A DNA stretch of 64,000 bases from Eledone cirrhosa (Eukaryota), in assembly GCA_964016885.1 (NCBI GenBank), contig OZ024751.1, forward strand, positions 31,372,001 through 31,436,000. The letters are read 5' to 3'. Positions 12,300-24,516 of this stretch are shown one piece after another (the first letter of the stretch is position 1; each line of letters opens with the position of its first letter). The notes under the pieces were generated by a model that saw only the letters and a program-made list of their open reading frames with translations, was not told where the DNA came from and did no database searches. The position numbers were made by a program, and so were the translations under genes.

Positions 12300-12730
12300 C
12301 ATGATGGTGGTGGCGTTGGTGGTGGTTGTGTTGGTGGTGGTGGTGGTGGTGGTGGTGGCGGTGGTGGTTGTGATGGTGGTGTTGGTGTTGGTGGTGGTGT
12401 TGTTGGTGGTGGTGGTGGTGGTGGTGGTGGTGGTGGTGGTTGTGATGGTGGTGGTGGTGTTTGTGATGGTAGTGGTGGTGGTGGTGTGGGTAGTGTTGTT
12501 TGTGATGGTGGTGATGGTGGTGTGGGTAGTGTTGTTTGTGATGGTGGTGATGGTGGTGTGGGTAGTGTTGTTTGTGATGGTGGTGATGGTGGTGTGGGTA
12601 GTGTTGTTTGTGATGGTGTGGTGTTTGTGATGGTAGTGGTGATGGTGTGGTTAGTGTTGCTTGTGATGGTGTTGGTAGTGGTGTTGTGGTTGTTAAAATA
12701 GTTTGTGATGGAAGTTGTGATGGTGGTTGT
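12300..12730. repeat. (GGT)n-rich repeat with a 36-bp higher-order unit
   Basis: GGTGGTGTGGGTAGTGTTGTTTGTGATGGTGGTGAT repeated about four times at 12480-12620. Confidence 0.85.
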
Positions 12731-12938
12731 ACTGGAGAGCTGCGGTAGGGTTAGTGATGGTGATGGAAGAAGAGATAGTAATAAGTGAAGAGGGGAGGGA
12801 ATGACAGCAAATTTTCCATATTTAAAAATTGAAAACGTTAAATAAAGATTAAAATAAAATAAACATTTTAAAAAATTAGATACATAAAAATAAAATTTTG
12901 AAATGCAATTCAAGTAAAATAACTACAATATATACAAG

Positions 12939-13006
<68 letters not shown>

Positions 13007-13554
13007 CATTTATACATACACACATATACACAAATACATACACACATCGATATATATAGACTCACAGATATATATACACACAAAGACACCCTCATATCTA
13101 CATACCACATACACACACACCCCCACACATCAATACATATATATACAGACACCAATATATATAAATGTATATAAGAAGTTAAAAAATAACATTCCAAATA
13201 TAAAAAGAAAAAGAAAAGAAATTCTACCATCATAAAAATGGATGTGCTTACATCTATATATATATACACACACACACATACATACATACACACATATTTA
13301 TATATATATATATATACACATACACACATTTATATTCATACACATATTTATATACATATACATATATAAATACACAAATATATATATATATACATATATA
13401 TATAAATACACAAATATATATATATACATATATGACACACGACCGTGACTTCTGGCGTCACGCAGTAATACAGGGTACCCGACCTCCCATGGGTACATGC
13501 TGAAGCATATAAACAATATGCCCCCCCCCCCCCCCCACCACCACCACCACCGCA

Positions 13555-13822
13555 AGGTGGTCGTGGAGGTGCCACGGCAAAAAAGCACCCAGCCCACACT
13601 GTAAAGTGGACGTGTAGGCGCCACGAAAAAGCACCCAGCACTCACTGTAAATGAGGTTGGTGTTAGGAAGGGCATCCAGCTGTAGAAATCAAGCCAGATC
13701 AGTTCCTGTATGAGCAAGGCATGATCAGCCGACCAGACACTGCCCACAACAGGACAACCCGTCTAACCCATGCTAGCGTGGAAGAACGGACGTAAAACGG
13801 TGATGATGATGATGATGATGAT
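13555..13822 (+). mobile_element. S1 SINE 3' half, RTE-A-type tail
   Basis: Duplicated CCACG..AAAAAGCACCCAGC.C.CACTGTAAA module, GGAAGGGCATCCAGCTG, tail CGTCTAACCCATGCTAGCGTGGAAGAACGGACG, (GAT)n. Confidence 0.85.
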
Positions 13823-13868
13823 ATATAAATACACAAATATATATACATACATATATATAAATACACAC

Positions 13869-13903
<35 letters not shown>

Positions 13904-14774
13904 TATTTATACACATACAAATACACACACACATATATATATATATATATACACACACATTCACGATCACATAGACACACATATACATCCACTCACACAT
14001 ACATATGCACACATTCACTCCTCAGAATTACAAACACACACACACAGATACATGCACTCATATATACACATTCTACTAACCCCCTCACCTCACATCATAC
14101 CCCACCCACTGCCATGTGATTATTTCTATAATTCACTGACAAAGAATTTGGAATTTAGGTGGATTACTACAGATGAGAAAATGGAATCAGAGCTTTGAAA
14201 AATGTTGTGCAACAAGGGGAAGAAACACACGCATAGACACATATACACTCATACATATATGGGGACACACACACACACACATGTGCATATGTGTATGTAT
14301 ATATATATATACACACATATATATATACATATATATACATATATGTACATATATACATATATATACACACACATATATATATACATATATATACATATAT
14401 ATATATACATATATATACATACATATATATACATATATATACATACATATATATACATATATATATATACATATATATACATATATATATATACATATAT
14501 ATACATATATATACATATATATACACACACACACATATATACATATATACATACATATACACATATATATACATACATATACATATATATACATACATAT
14601 ACATATATATACACATATATTATACATACATATATATTATACATACATATACATATATATACACATATATATATATACATACATACATATATACATATAT
14701 ATATACATACATACATATATACATATATATATACATACATACATATATACATATATATATACATACATATATAC

Positions 14775-14808
<34 letters not shown>

Positions 14809-15143
14809 GGAGGCACAAGGCTTAGTGGTTAGAGAATTGGCCTTGCAATCGAAAGGTTGTGAGTTCAATTCTCAGACCGGGTGATGTGTTTCCTTGAGCA
14901 AGACACTTTATTTCACATTGCTCCAGTTTACTCAGCTGTAGAAATGAGATGATAGGGACTAGCGGCCATATCATTCCACTGCAAAGAGGTCGTGCAGGTG
15001 CCATGGCAAAAAAGCACCCAGCACTCACTGTAAATGAGGTTGGTGTTAGGAAGGGCATCCAGCTGTAGAAATCAAGCCAGAATCAGTTCCCGTCCCACCC
15101 TTGCAAGCAGGGAAAGGCGGACGTAAAATGAAATGATGATGAT
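14809..15143 (+). mobile_element. S1 SINE, full length, RTE-B-type tail
   Basis: GGAGGCACAAGGCTTAGTGGTTAGAG (A box), GAGTTCAATTC (B box), CORE-like block, tail CGTCCCACCCTTGCAAGCAGGGAAAGGCGGACG, (GAT)n; embedded in TA/TACA microsatellite. Confidence 0.92.
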
Positions 15144-15191
15144 ATACATATATATACATACCTATACATATATACATATATATATATATAC

Positions 15192-15426
<235 letters not shown>

Positions 15427-15913
15427 TATACATATATATATATATAATATAGGTTAACACAAATCAATATATTTGATAAACAAATCCTCATATTTATGTA
15501 TGTATTGTAAATGACCAAGTTAGCTAGATAGAAATATACTAATAATAATATTACAGTTTGCCTATCATGACTTAAGATAATACATCATAAATCAACAAAA
15601 ACAAATTGTATTGGCAATGGCCAATACAATTTGTTTTTGTATATATATATATGTAGATAAATCTACCAAAAGTTTACGGTAGTGTCCAATCCGTATGAAG
15701 AACTCAATGTAATCCGGATATCATGAAAAGAGAAGATGCATTCAAAAACTACTTTTGGTGAAAAATAAACGGAAAACAGAGTCAAGATAAATTAATAAAA
15801 TAATGAATAAACAAAGAAACAGTTCCTTATATTAAAAAAAATTCATCATTTTACGATCGTTTCTAGGATATTAAAGAATTTTTTAGGTATATTATCCTTA
15901 ATTTGTAAATTAA

Positions 15914-16696
15914 ATGGAGGTCATTAACAATAATTCTCTTAATAAACATCAGGATGCATCCTATAAAAACAATAAACAACATCGAAACCGTAATAGACGA
16001 GTTACTTGGTATAATGCTCCATTTAATTTACAAATTAAGGATAATATACCTAAAAAATTCTTTAATATCCTAGAGAAAAACTTCCCACCAAACCACAAAT
16101 ACCATCAAATCTTAAATAGATCAACGGTTAAATTCTCCTACTCAACAAGCAAAAACATAAAACAAAATATAAGTGCCTATAATGCATATAAATGTAAAAA
16201 AACCATGAGTATACCACCAGTACATCAAACTAACCATAATATCTCCTCAGATACAGGATTCACGAAAAGTTGTAACTGTAGAAACAAGGCAAACTGCCCA
16301 TTAAAAGGAAATTGCCTTGTTAATAACATAGTATATAAATGTAAAGTTAACACTAAGGACTCAATTTATTCATATATAGGAGCTACCTCTAACAAATTTA
16401 AGGTAAGATTTAATACCCACAAACATAGTTTTAAAAATGCCGCACTAGCTAATACAACATCTCTAGCTGAAATAATAAATAGTTATAGAAAGAGGAATAT
16501 AGAATATGACCTGACCTGGAGTGTGCTCAAAAGGGCCACCCCTTATCAAAATAGTAGAAATGAATGTAGATTATGTTCCCAAGAACTTTTTGAAATAATG
16601 AAATCTAAGGATATCCTATTAAATAAGCGACAGGAATTAATAATATCGTGTAATCATAAACTGAGAAAAACCTTTAAATATTATAAACCTAATTAA
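15914..16696 (+). CDS. Penelope-like element C-terminal region: RT-thumb/linker plus GIY-YIG endonuclease (RT core missing)
   Basis: RRVTWYNAPF...FPPNHKYHQILNRSTVKFSYS; Cys linker CNCRNKANCPLKGNC; NIVY...YIG, RFNTH, CRLCSQE, LLNKRQE motifs typical of PLE endonucleases. The start Met is probably fortuitous. Confidence 0.85.
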   Translation: MEVINNNSLNKHQDASYKNNKQHRNRNRRVTWYNAPFNLQIKDNIPKKFFNILEKNFPPNHKYHQILNRSTVKFSYSTSKNIKQNISAYNAYKCKKTMSIPPVHQTNHNISSDTGFTKSCNCRNKANCPLKGNCLVNNIVYKCKVNTKDSIYSYIGATSNKFKVRFNTHKHSFKNAALANTTSLAEIINSYRKRNIEYDLTWSVLKRATPYQNSRNECRLCSQELFEIMKSKDILLNKRQELIISCNHKLRKTFKYYKPN

Positions 16697-17192
16697 TATA
16701 CACTTTAGAAATTAATTTATAAATTATTTTTAATTTAGTTAACCTATAATTAATATTCTACTACTGATGAACTACATAATTCTGCTTTAAAAATTATAAA
16801 CCTAATTAATATACACTTTAGAAATTAATATATAAAATATTTTTAATTTAGTTAACCTATAATTAATATTCTACTACTGATGAACTACATAATTTTGCTT
16901 TCCTTCTTACAAATATCATTTCCTAAAACTGATACCATTAAGTAAACATATATAATGCTTTAACTTCAGGTTATGACTATGTTCCTTGAAAAGTATATAT
17001 ATTTACTATTTCTCACTAATAAATTTAATCCCCCCCCCAATAATTATATGTATATATAAGTGTATATGTGTGTGTATATATATGTGTATGTATGTATATA
17101 TGCATGTATATATCTATGTATATATATATATGTGTATGTGTGTGTGTGTGTGTGTGTGTATACATATGTATATATATATATATATGTAAGTG

Positions 17193-17223
<31 letters not shown>

Positions 17224-17912
17224 ATGTGTATATATATGTATATATATATATGTATAAGTATATATATATATATATATTATTTTTATATTCTTTTAATTTC
17301 CCCTCATCTTTAACAGCACTTTTAAACTGCATCTAACTCTTATTTATCATATCTATATGTATTAGTATAATTTTATCAATATAAATATACCCATCAATTA
17401 AATTAATTTATATTCTTTTCATAGATGTATTTTTTTCACTAACATTCTTATCTTAAAACTTTAGTCACCTTAGATATTTGTATTGGCATTACTATTTTAT
17501 AACAGCAACTGCTTGTATACCTTTTACTGACCACCTGACCTATTTTCACCCCTAAAATAAGCTTCAATTACTACTATTTTACCATTTGGCCAATTATTAA
17601 CTTTCTATTGGTTAATTCTAAACCTCTTACCAAACAGACAGAATATATTAGATCTTTGTTGGTTTTATTCAATGAACAAATAAAATTATTTCTGAGGTCA
17701 GCATAAGACCTATTTCTTCCCTAAAATAATCCTACATTCATAATATTCTTTTCCATCCAAAACTGAAATCTACCTTACTCTACCCATAATTTAAGGTTCT
17801 TCTACTACTATATTACTATCCTGACCCTCACTATCTCTCTATTGGTCAATTCAAAACCTGTTCCCAAACAGACCTATTATATTGAATCTTTGTTTTTTTC
17901 AATAAACAAATA

Positions 17913-18048
17913 TCATTATTTCTGAAGACAGCATATATATGTGTAGGTATGTATATTCCCTCTGATAGTTTGTATAAATATTGTACATAGATCTATAGAA
18001 TATGCATACCAACACATATATATCCTAGAAACGATCGTAAAATGATGA
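17913..18048 (+). ncRNA. Type I hammerhead ribozyme with about 30-bp stem II
   Basis: Stem I TCATTATTT/AAATGATGA; core CTGAAGA 17922-17928; stem II arms 17929-17958 / 17998-18027; GAA-ACG-at-CGT-A; predicted cleavage after A18039. Confidence 0.75.
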
Positions 18049-18101
18049 ATTTTTTTTAATATAAGGAACTGTTTCTTTGTTTATTCATTATTTTATTAAT
18101 T

Positions 18102-18133
<32 letters not shown>

Positions 18134-18219
18134 TATACATACATATATACTACATATATATACATACATATATATATACATACATATATATATATATACA
18201 TACATATACATACATATAT

Positions 18220-18437
18220 ACATCATCATCATCATTTTACGTCCGCCTTTCCCTGCTTGCAAGGGTGGGACGGGCCTTATTCAGCACAGCATCTCTCCAC
18301 TCGTCACGGTCCTTCGTCATCTCCACCGTGAGCTTCAATGATCTGAGGTCTGTTCTCACCACCTCCCCCCATGTTTTTCGTGGTCTACCTCTACCATGTC
18401 TTCCTTCAACTGGCATCTCCTGGCACTTCTTCACCCA
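18220..18437 (-). mobile_element. RTE LINE family B, 3'-terminal fragment
   Basis: Encodes WVKKCQEMPVEGRHGRGRPRKTW...; nearly identical to 42878-43098; (GAT)n tail. Confidence 0.92.
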
Positions 18438-19329
18438 TGTATATGTATATATATATACATATATATACTCAGGCTCACACAAATACACATACACACAAAA
18501 ATACATATACACACATCATATAAAAACAAACATGAGCATATGAAAACATTCATCATACACACATGTAAAACTAAATATACACACACACATACAAACAGAT
18601 ATACACACATAAAAATACATATGCACATACATACAACCAGACACACACACTTCAAGCACAAATCTTTCTATTATAAATGGATAAAAAAAAGCAAAATATT
18701 AATCTCCCTTCTTCTCTCACTCAAAGCAGTTCCTAAATGTCCTATGTTCAATTTTTCTTTGACTATATTCAACTACAGGTGGAGAATTGGCAGAGTCATT
18801 AGAACATCAGATAGAATGCTTAGCAGTATTCGTTTCAACTCTGAGTTCCAATCCACCCAAGGTCAACTTTGCCTTTCGTCCTTTTGAGGTTTGAAGTGAA
18901 TAAAAAAGAAGCAGTTCAGTACTGGAGTTGATTCTTCCTCTTTATCTCTTTTCTCTCTCTATCCTTCTCTGGAAGAAATTGGTTGTATTCAGACCTGGAA
19001 AGATGGGTTCTGATACGTTCAAAATGTTCAAGAAATGCCCTAAGACACAGCGGTGCCACTCTACTCCATCAGAAGTTACGGATCCATATATACTCAAGTA
19101 CATATACTCCACTTATCCTCAAGTACATATACTCCACTTAACCTCAAGTTCATATACTCCCACTCACCCTCATGTGGACCATATTTTGTCCACCCTCAAG
19201 TTTGCCATGCTTTGCCTACTTTTGTGTGCAATAGAGCTAGCCGATCCTCAAGTCTACTGAGCTTTTGTTTACCTTCAAAAGCAATGGGCTTGTGCCAAAC
19301 CATCATGGGAATCATCTTTTCCCAATCTA

Positions 19330-19785
19330 AAGTGCACCAGCTTTTGCCCACTTTCTAATGCAACAGGCTTATCTCGTCCTCAAGTGTAACAGGCTTATGT
19401 CCACTTTCCAGTGTAACAAGTTTTTGTCCACTTTCCTGTGCAATAGATTAGTCTCACCCTCAAGTGTAACAGCTTTTGCCCACTTTCTAATGCAACAGGC
19501 TTATCTCGTCCTCAAGTGTAACAGGCTTATGTCCACTTTCCAGTGTAACAAGTTTTTGTCCACTTTCCTGTGCAATAGATTAGTCTCACCCTCAAGTGTA
19601 ACAGTTTTTGCCCACTTTCCAGTGTAACAGGTTTTTGCCCACTTTCCTGTGCAATAGATTAGTCTCATCCTCAAGTGTAACAGTTTTTGCCCACTTTCCA
19701 GTGTAACAGGTTTTTGCCCACTTTCCTGTGCAATAGATTAGTCTCATCCTCAAGTGTAACAGGTTTTTGCCCACTTTCCAGTATA
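19330..19785. repeat. Composite minisatellite (AAGTGTAACAG / TTTGCCCACTTTCC / TGCAATAGATTAGTCTCA modules)
   Basis: An approx. 131-bp block duplicated near 19340/19471, followed by shorter permuted units. Confidence 0.85.
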
Positions 19786-20339
19786 ATCCTTCATCAACTC
19801 TCAAATGAAGTCCTTTGACCACATCTGTTCATCTCATGTAAGGATGGACATCAATAGAACTTTCAAAGTCCTTCCAGAATGTTCAAAAATTCAAATTAAA
19901 TTCTTCAAGTTGTTTTCTTCGTCATCAACAATTCCAAAATATGATAAATATTCCACCCCAATTTTCACCCACCATCTCCTCCTCCTGTCACCCAATCCAC
20001 AGCCCTCACTATACACTCTGCTATTTTAAAATACCTTAAATTCCTTCTCAACACTTACCATCTCTCAAAGATGTTTTTAAAGAACCACTCCCTATTTCCA
20101 GTTTTATGGCAAAGAGGAAACAAGAAAACAAAAACCTCTTCCTGGATAGCAGCTCAGCAACTCATTACAGTTAACTTTCCCAGGATACTAATTAGATATG
20201 TAATGTTCTGTACACAAAAGCAACATGTAGTATGTAAATCTGTCAACCTTACTGACAAATCAACTTAGGACTGACACATAACAGTCAATGCTCAACTCTG
20301 TAGAACAGTATGAACAAGTTGATAGAGTATTAGGCTAAC

Positions 20340-20375
20340 CTCATCAATACCTTGACAGTCCTCACAAATCCTCAC
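20340..20375 (-). other. Candidate 36-nt coding microexon (VRICEDCQGIDE)
   Basis: Minus strand TTTCCTCTCACAG|GTGAGG...GATGAG|GTTAGC; length divisible by 3, open only in phase 0. No homology support. Confidence 0.25.
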
Positions 20376-20435
20376 CTGTGAGAGGAAATGCACAAAAGTC
20401 ATAGCAATTACAGCACCTCCTTTGATTATCTTTAA

Positions 20436-20655
20436 CTCTTTAACATTTAAACCAACCATATCCAGCCAGAATTCTCTCACCTCTTTTCGTTCTAACCGGC
20501 CATAACCAGCTACTCATACCTATATTAAGGTATTGTTCTCAAAATAAATAAAATCAAAATCTCATAGATTCAATATTATGTGAGATAATTATGTGAAGTA
20601 AGCCTTTACCATAAAAATACAATAGTAAGTATAGAGTAATGTAAATGCTAAAGTG
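20436..20655. mobile_element. piggyBac-type MITE
   Basis: TTAA|CTCTTTAACATTTA...TAAATGCTAAAGTG|TTAA; body matches the 11693 copy. Confidence 0.88.
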
Positions 20656-20966
20656 TTAATAAATGTATATCTGGTTTAAGATAGGTGCACCATATCCATG
20701 CATGTCATAAGAAGCAACTAAAAGGGTTGGTTTCAGGAAGTGCATATGGCTGTAAAACATTAACTCAGGAATTCCTGTCCAATCCATACCAGCATGGAAA
20801 AGTTAACATAAAAACCCTAGTTATAGGTCAGAAATGTAAACCTACCGAAGACATTGCATTTCTGATATGAACACTTTATTCTACCTGATCCCACTTCACC
20901 TGACTGTTGATGGAAAGGGAACTGGTGTTCTAACAATGTTACCGGAGATATTGGGGTTATATTTAA

Positions 20967-21185
20967 CGCTTTAGCATTTACATTATTCTATATATACTAT
21001 ATATTTTCACGGTAAAAGCTTACTTCACATAATTATCTCACATTATATCGAATCTAAGAGATTTTGATATTATCTATTTTGAGAACAATAACATAACATC
21101 AGTATGAGTGGCCGGTTACAGCCGGTTTGAACAGAAAGAGGTGAGAGAACTCTGGCCGGATACGGCTGGTTTAAATGCTATAGGA
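20967..21185. mobile_element. piggyBac-type MITE (opposite orientation to 20436)
   Basis: TTAA|CGCTTTAGCATTTA...TAAATGCTATAGGA|TTAA. Confidence 0.88.
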
Positions 21186-21726
21186 TTAAAGGAAAAATTA
21201 GTCTCTTATCTGCCTCACAACATAAAAGTAGGACTAAATATTATCCCTGGGGGATTAACCCTTTCATTATCACCCTAGTGTTGGTGATCTACACAATAAA
21301 CACACCCATTACTCTGTAAAGTGGTTGGTGATAGGAAGGGCATCCAGCTGGAAAAAACCTACTGAACAAAAGGTTGCAAGGACTCATTAGTTGTGTTAAA
21401 GATATGACACCTTCCTTTACTGTTGGTGTCACAATAAAATAACTAAGTAGAGCACAGAATCCTATGTCAGGCCTCTGGCCCACCTGAAGGTCAGAGGTTC
21501 AACTTAAGTACTGACCGGTCTGTGACGAAACATCCACCCTTTGCTAGCAGAGAAAACAGATGTTAAAAGATGAAGATGGTGGTTATTTTTAATGAAATAT
21601 GCTGCCTATGTATTTTAAATAACTTTGAAAATAATTGAAAAATTTGGAGAAATTAAATTTTCATAAGTGCAACAACACCACCATCAACCACAGCACCAAC
21701 AACACCAGCATTAAGAGTACCAATAA

Positions 21727-22350
21727 CCCACCACCACCACCAGCAGCAGCAGCACCACCACCACCACCACCACCACCACCACCAGCAGCACCACCACCGC
21801 CACCACCACCACCACCAGCACCACCAGCAGCACCACCACCACCACCACCACCACCAGCACCACCACCACCACCACCACCAGCACCACCACCAGCACCAGC
21901 ACCACCACCACCACCACCAGCACCACCACCAGCACCAGCATCACCACCAGCACCACCAGCACCACCAGCAGCACCACCACTGCCACCACCACCACCAGCA
22001 GCACCAGCAGCACCACCACCACCACTGCCACCACCACCACTGCCACCACCACCACTGCCACCACCACTGCCACCACCACCACCAGCACCAGCACCACCAC
22101 CACCACCAGCACCACCACCAGCAGCACCACCACCACCACCACCACCACCACCACCACCACCAGCACCACCACCAGCAGCACCACCACCACCACCACCACC
22201 ACCACCACCACCAGCACCACCACCAGCAGCACCAGCACCACCACCACCACCACCACCAGCAGCACCAGCAGCACCACCACCACCACTGCCACCACCACTG
22301 CCACCACCACCACTGCCACCACCACTGCCACCACCACTGCCACCACCACC

Positions 22351-22381
<31 letters not shown>

Positions 22382-22422
22382 CCAGCAGCACCAGCACCAC
22401 CACCACCACCACCACCAGCAGC

Positions 22423-22453
<31 letters not shown>

Positions 22454-22527
22454 CCAGCAGCACCACCACCACCACCACCACCACCACCACCACCACCACC
22501 ACCAGCAGCACCACCACCACCACCAGC

Positions 22528-22588
<61 letters not shown>

Positions 22589-22596
22589 GCACCACC

Positions 22597-22627
<31 letters not shown>

Positions 22628-22635
22628 GCACCACC

Positions 22636-22696
<61 letters not shown>

Positions 22697-22827
22697 CCAC
22701 CAGCACCAGCACCACCACCACCACCACCACCAGCACCACCACCACCACCACCACCAGCACCACCACCACCACCGCGGCCACCACCGCCACCACCACCACC
22801 ACCACCACCAGCACCACCACCAGCACC

Positions 22828-22858
<31 letters not shown>

Positions 22859-22872
22859 CCACCACCAGCAGC

Positions 22873-22903
<31 letters not shown>

Positions 22904-22911
22904 CCAGCAGC

Positions 22912-22942
<31 letters not shown>

Positions 22943-23046
22943 GCACCACCACCACCACCACCACCAGCACCACCACCACCACCAGCACCACCACCACCAC
23001 CACCAGCACCACCACCAGCACCACCAGCACCACCACCACCACCACC

Positions 23047-23077
<31 letters not shown>

Positions 23078-23088
23078 CCACCACCACC

Positions 23089-23119
<31 letters not shown>

Positions 23120-23223
23120 CCACCAGCACCACCACCAGCACCACCACCACCACCACCAGCACCACCACCGCGGCCACCACCGCCACCACCACCACCACCA
23201 CCACCAGCACCACCACCAGCACC

Positions 23224-23254
<31 letters not shown>

Positions 23255-23502
23255 CCACCAGCACCACCACCACCACCACCACTGCCACCACCACCACTGC
23301 CACCACCACCACCACTGCCACCACCACCACCACCACCACCAGCACCACCACCAGCACCACCACCAGCACCACCACCACCACCACCACCAGCACCACCACC
23401 ACCACCACCAGCACCACCACCACCACCACCAGCACCACCAGCACCACCACCACCACCACCAGCACCACCACCACCACCACCACCAGCACCACCACCAGCA
23501 CC

Positions 23503-23533
<31 letters not shown>

Positions 23534-23634
23534 CCACCAGCACCACCACCAGCACCACCACCACCACCACCACCAGCACCACCACCACCACCACCAGCAC
23601 CACCACCACCACCACCAGCACCACCACCAGCACC

Positions 23635-23665
<31 letters not shown>

Positions 23666-23733
23666 CCACCACCACCACCACCACCACCACCACCAGCACC
23701 ACCACCACCACCACCAGCACCACCACCAGCAGC

Positions 23734-23763
<30 letters not shown>
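21727..23763. repeat. 2-kb (CCA)n triplet array interspersed with GCA/CTG
   Basis: Pure triplet register; the rare motif CCGCGG at 22772 and 23168 indicates an internal duplication about 396 bp apart. Confidence 0.95.
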
Positions 23764-23764
<1 letters not shown>

Positions 23765-23907
23765 GTCATCTGCCCTACATTTCAATGTTTCCTACAATGA
23801 TCATCTTTAGGTTTTAATAAATGAAGAGACACTGTAGACACATTGCATGCTGGGAAATCAATTTCAACTTATTGATCTTTCTGGAAATATTCTCAACTGC
23901 TGCTGAT

Positions 23908-24516
23908 GTTGGTGGTGGTGGTGGTGGCAGTGGTGGTGGTGGCAGTGGTGGTGGTGGTGGTGGTGGTGGTGGTGGTGGTGGTGGTGGTGGCAGTGGTGGT
24001 GGTGGTAGCAGTGGTGGTGGTGGCAGTGGTGGTGGTGGTGGTGGTGGTGGTGGTGGTGGTGGTGGCAGTGGTGGTGGTGGTGGTGGTGGTGGTGGCAGTG
24101 GTGGTGGCGGTGGTGGTGGCAGTGGTGGTGGCGGTGGTGGTGGCAGTGGTGGTGGTGGCAGTGGTGGTGGCAGTGGTGGTGGTGGTGGCAGTGGTGGTGG
24201 TGGTGGTGGTGGTGGCAGTGGTGGTGGTGGCAGTGGTGGTGGTGGTGGTGGCAGTGGTGGCAGTGGCGGTGGTGGTGGTGGTGGTAGCAGTGGTTGTAGT
24301 GGTTGTAGTGGAGGTAGTGTGGGTGACAGTGGTGGTGGTGGTGGTGGCAGTGGTGGTAGTAGCAGTGGTGGTGGCAGTGGTGGTGGCAGTGGTGGTGGTG
24401 GTGGCAGTGGTGGTGGTGGCAGTGGTGGTGGTGGCAGTGGTGGTGGTGGCAGTGGTGGTGGTGGTGGCAGTGGTGGTGGTGGCAGTGGTGGTGGCAGTGG
24501 TGGTGGCAGTGGCGGT
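23908..24516. repeat. (GGT)n/GGCAGT triplet array
   Basis: Complementary in sense to the upstream (CCA)n array. Confidence 0.95.

Larger units (their letters stand above)
15787..18104 (+). mobile_element. Penelope-like retroelement, 5'-truncated, with inverted terminal segment
   Basis: GIY-YIG ORF 15914-16696; hammerhead motif 17913-18048; 85-bp inverted repeat 15787-15871 / 18020-18104. Confidence 0.75.

Noticed and set aside
14809-14881. tRNA gene
   Set aside because: A/B boxes are present, but there is no proper acceptor stem and it continues into a SINE body repeated many times in the window.
16764-16900. CTGATGA boxes in the duplication after the PLE ORF as hammerheads
   Set aside because: No GAAA/stem III partner or stem I complement found nearby.
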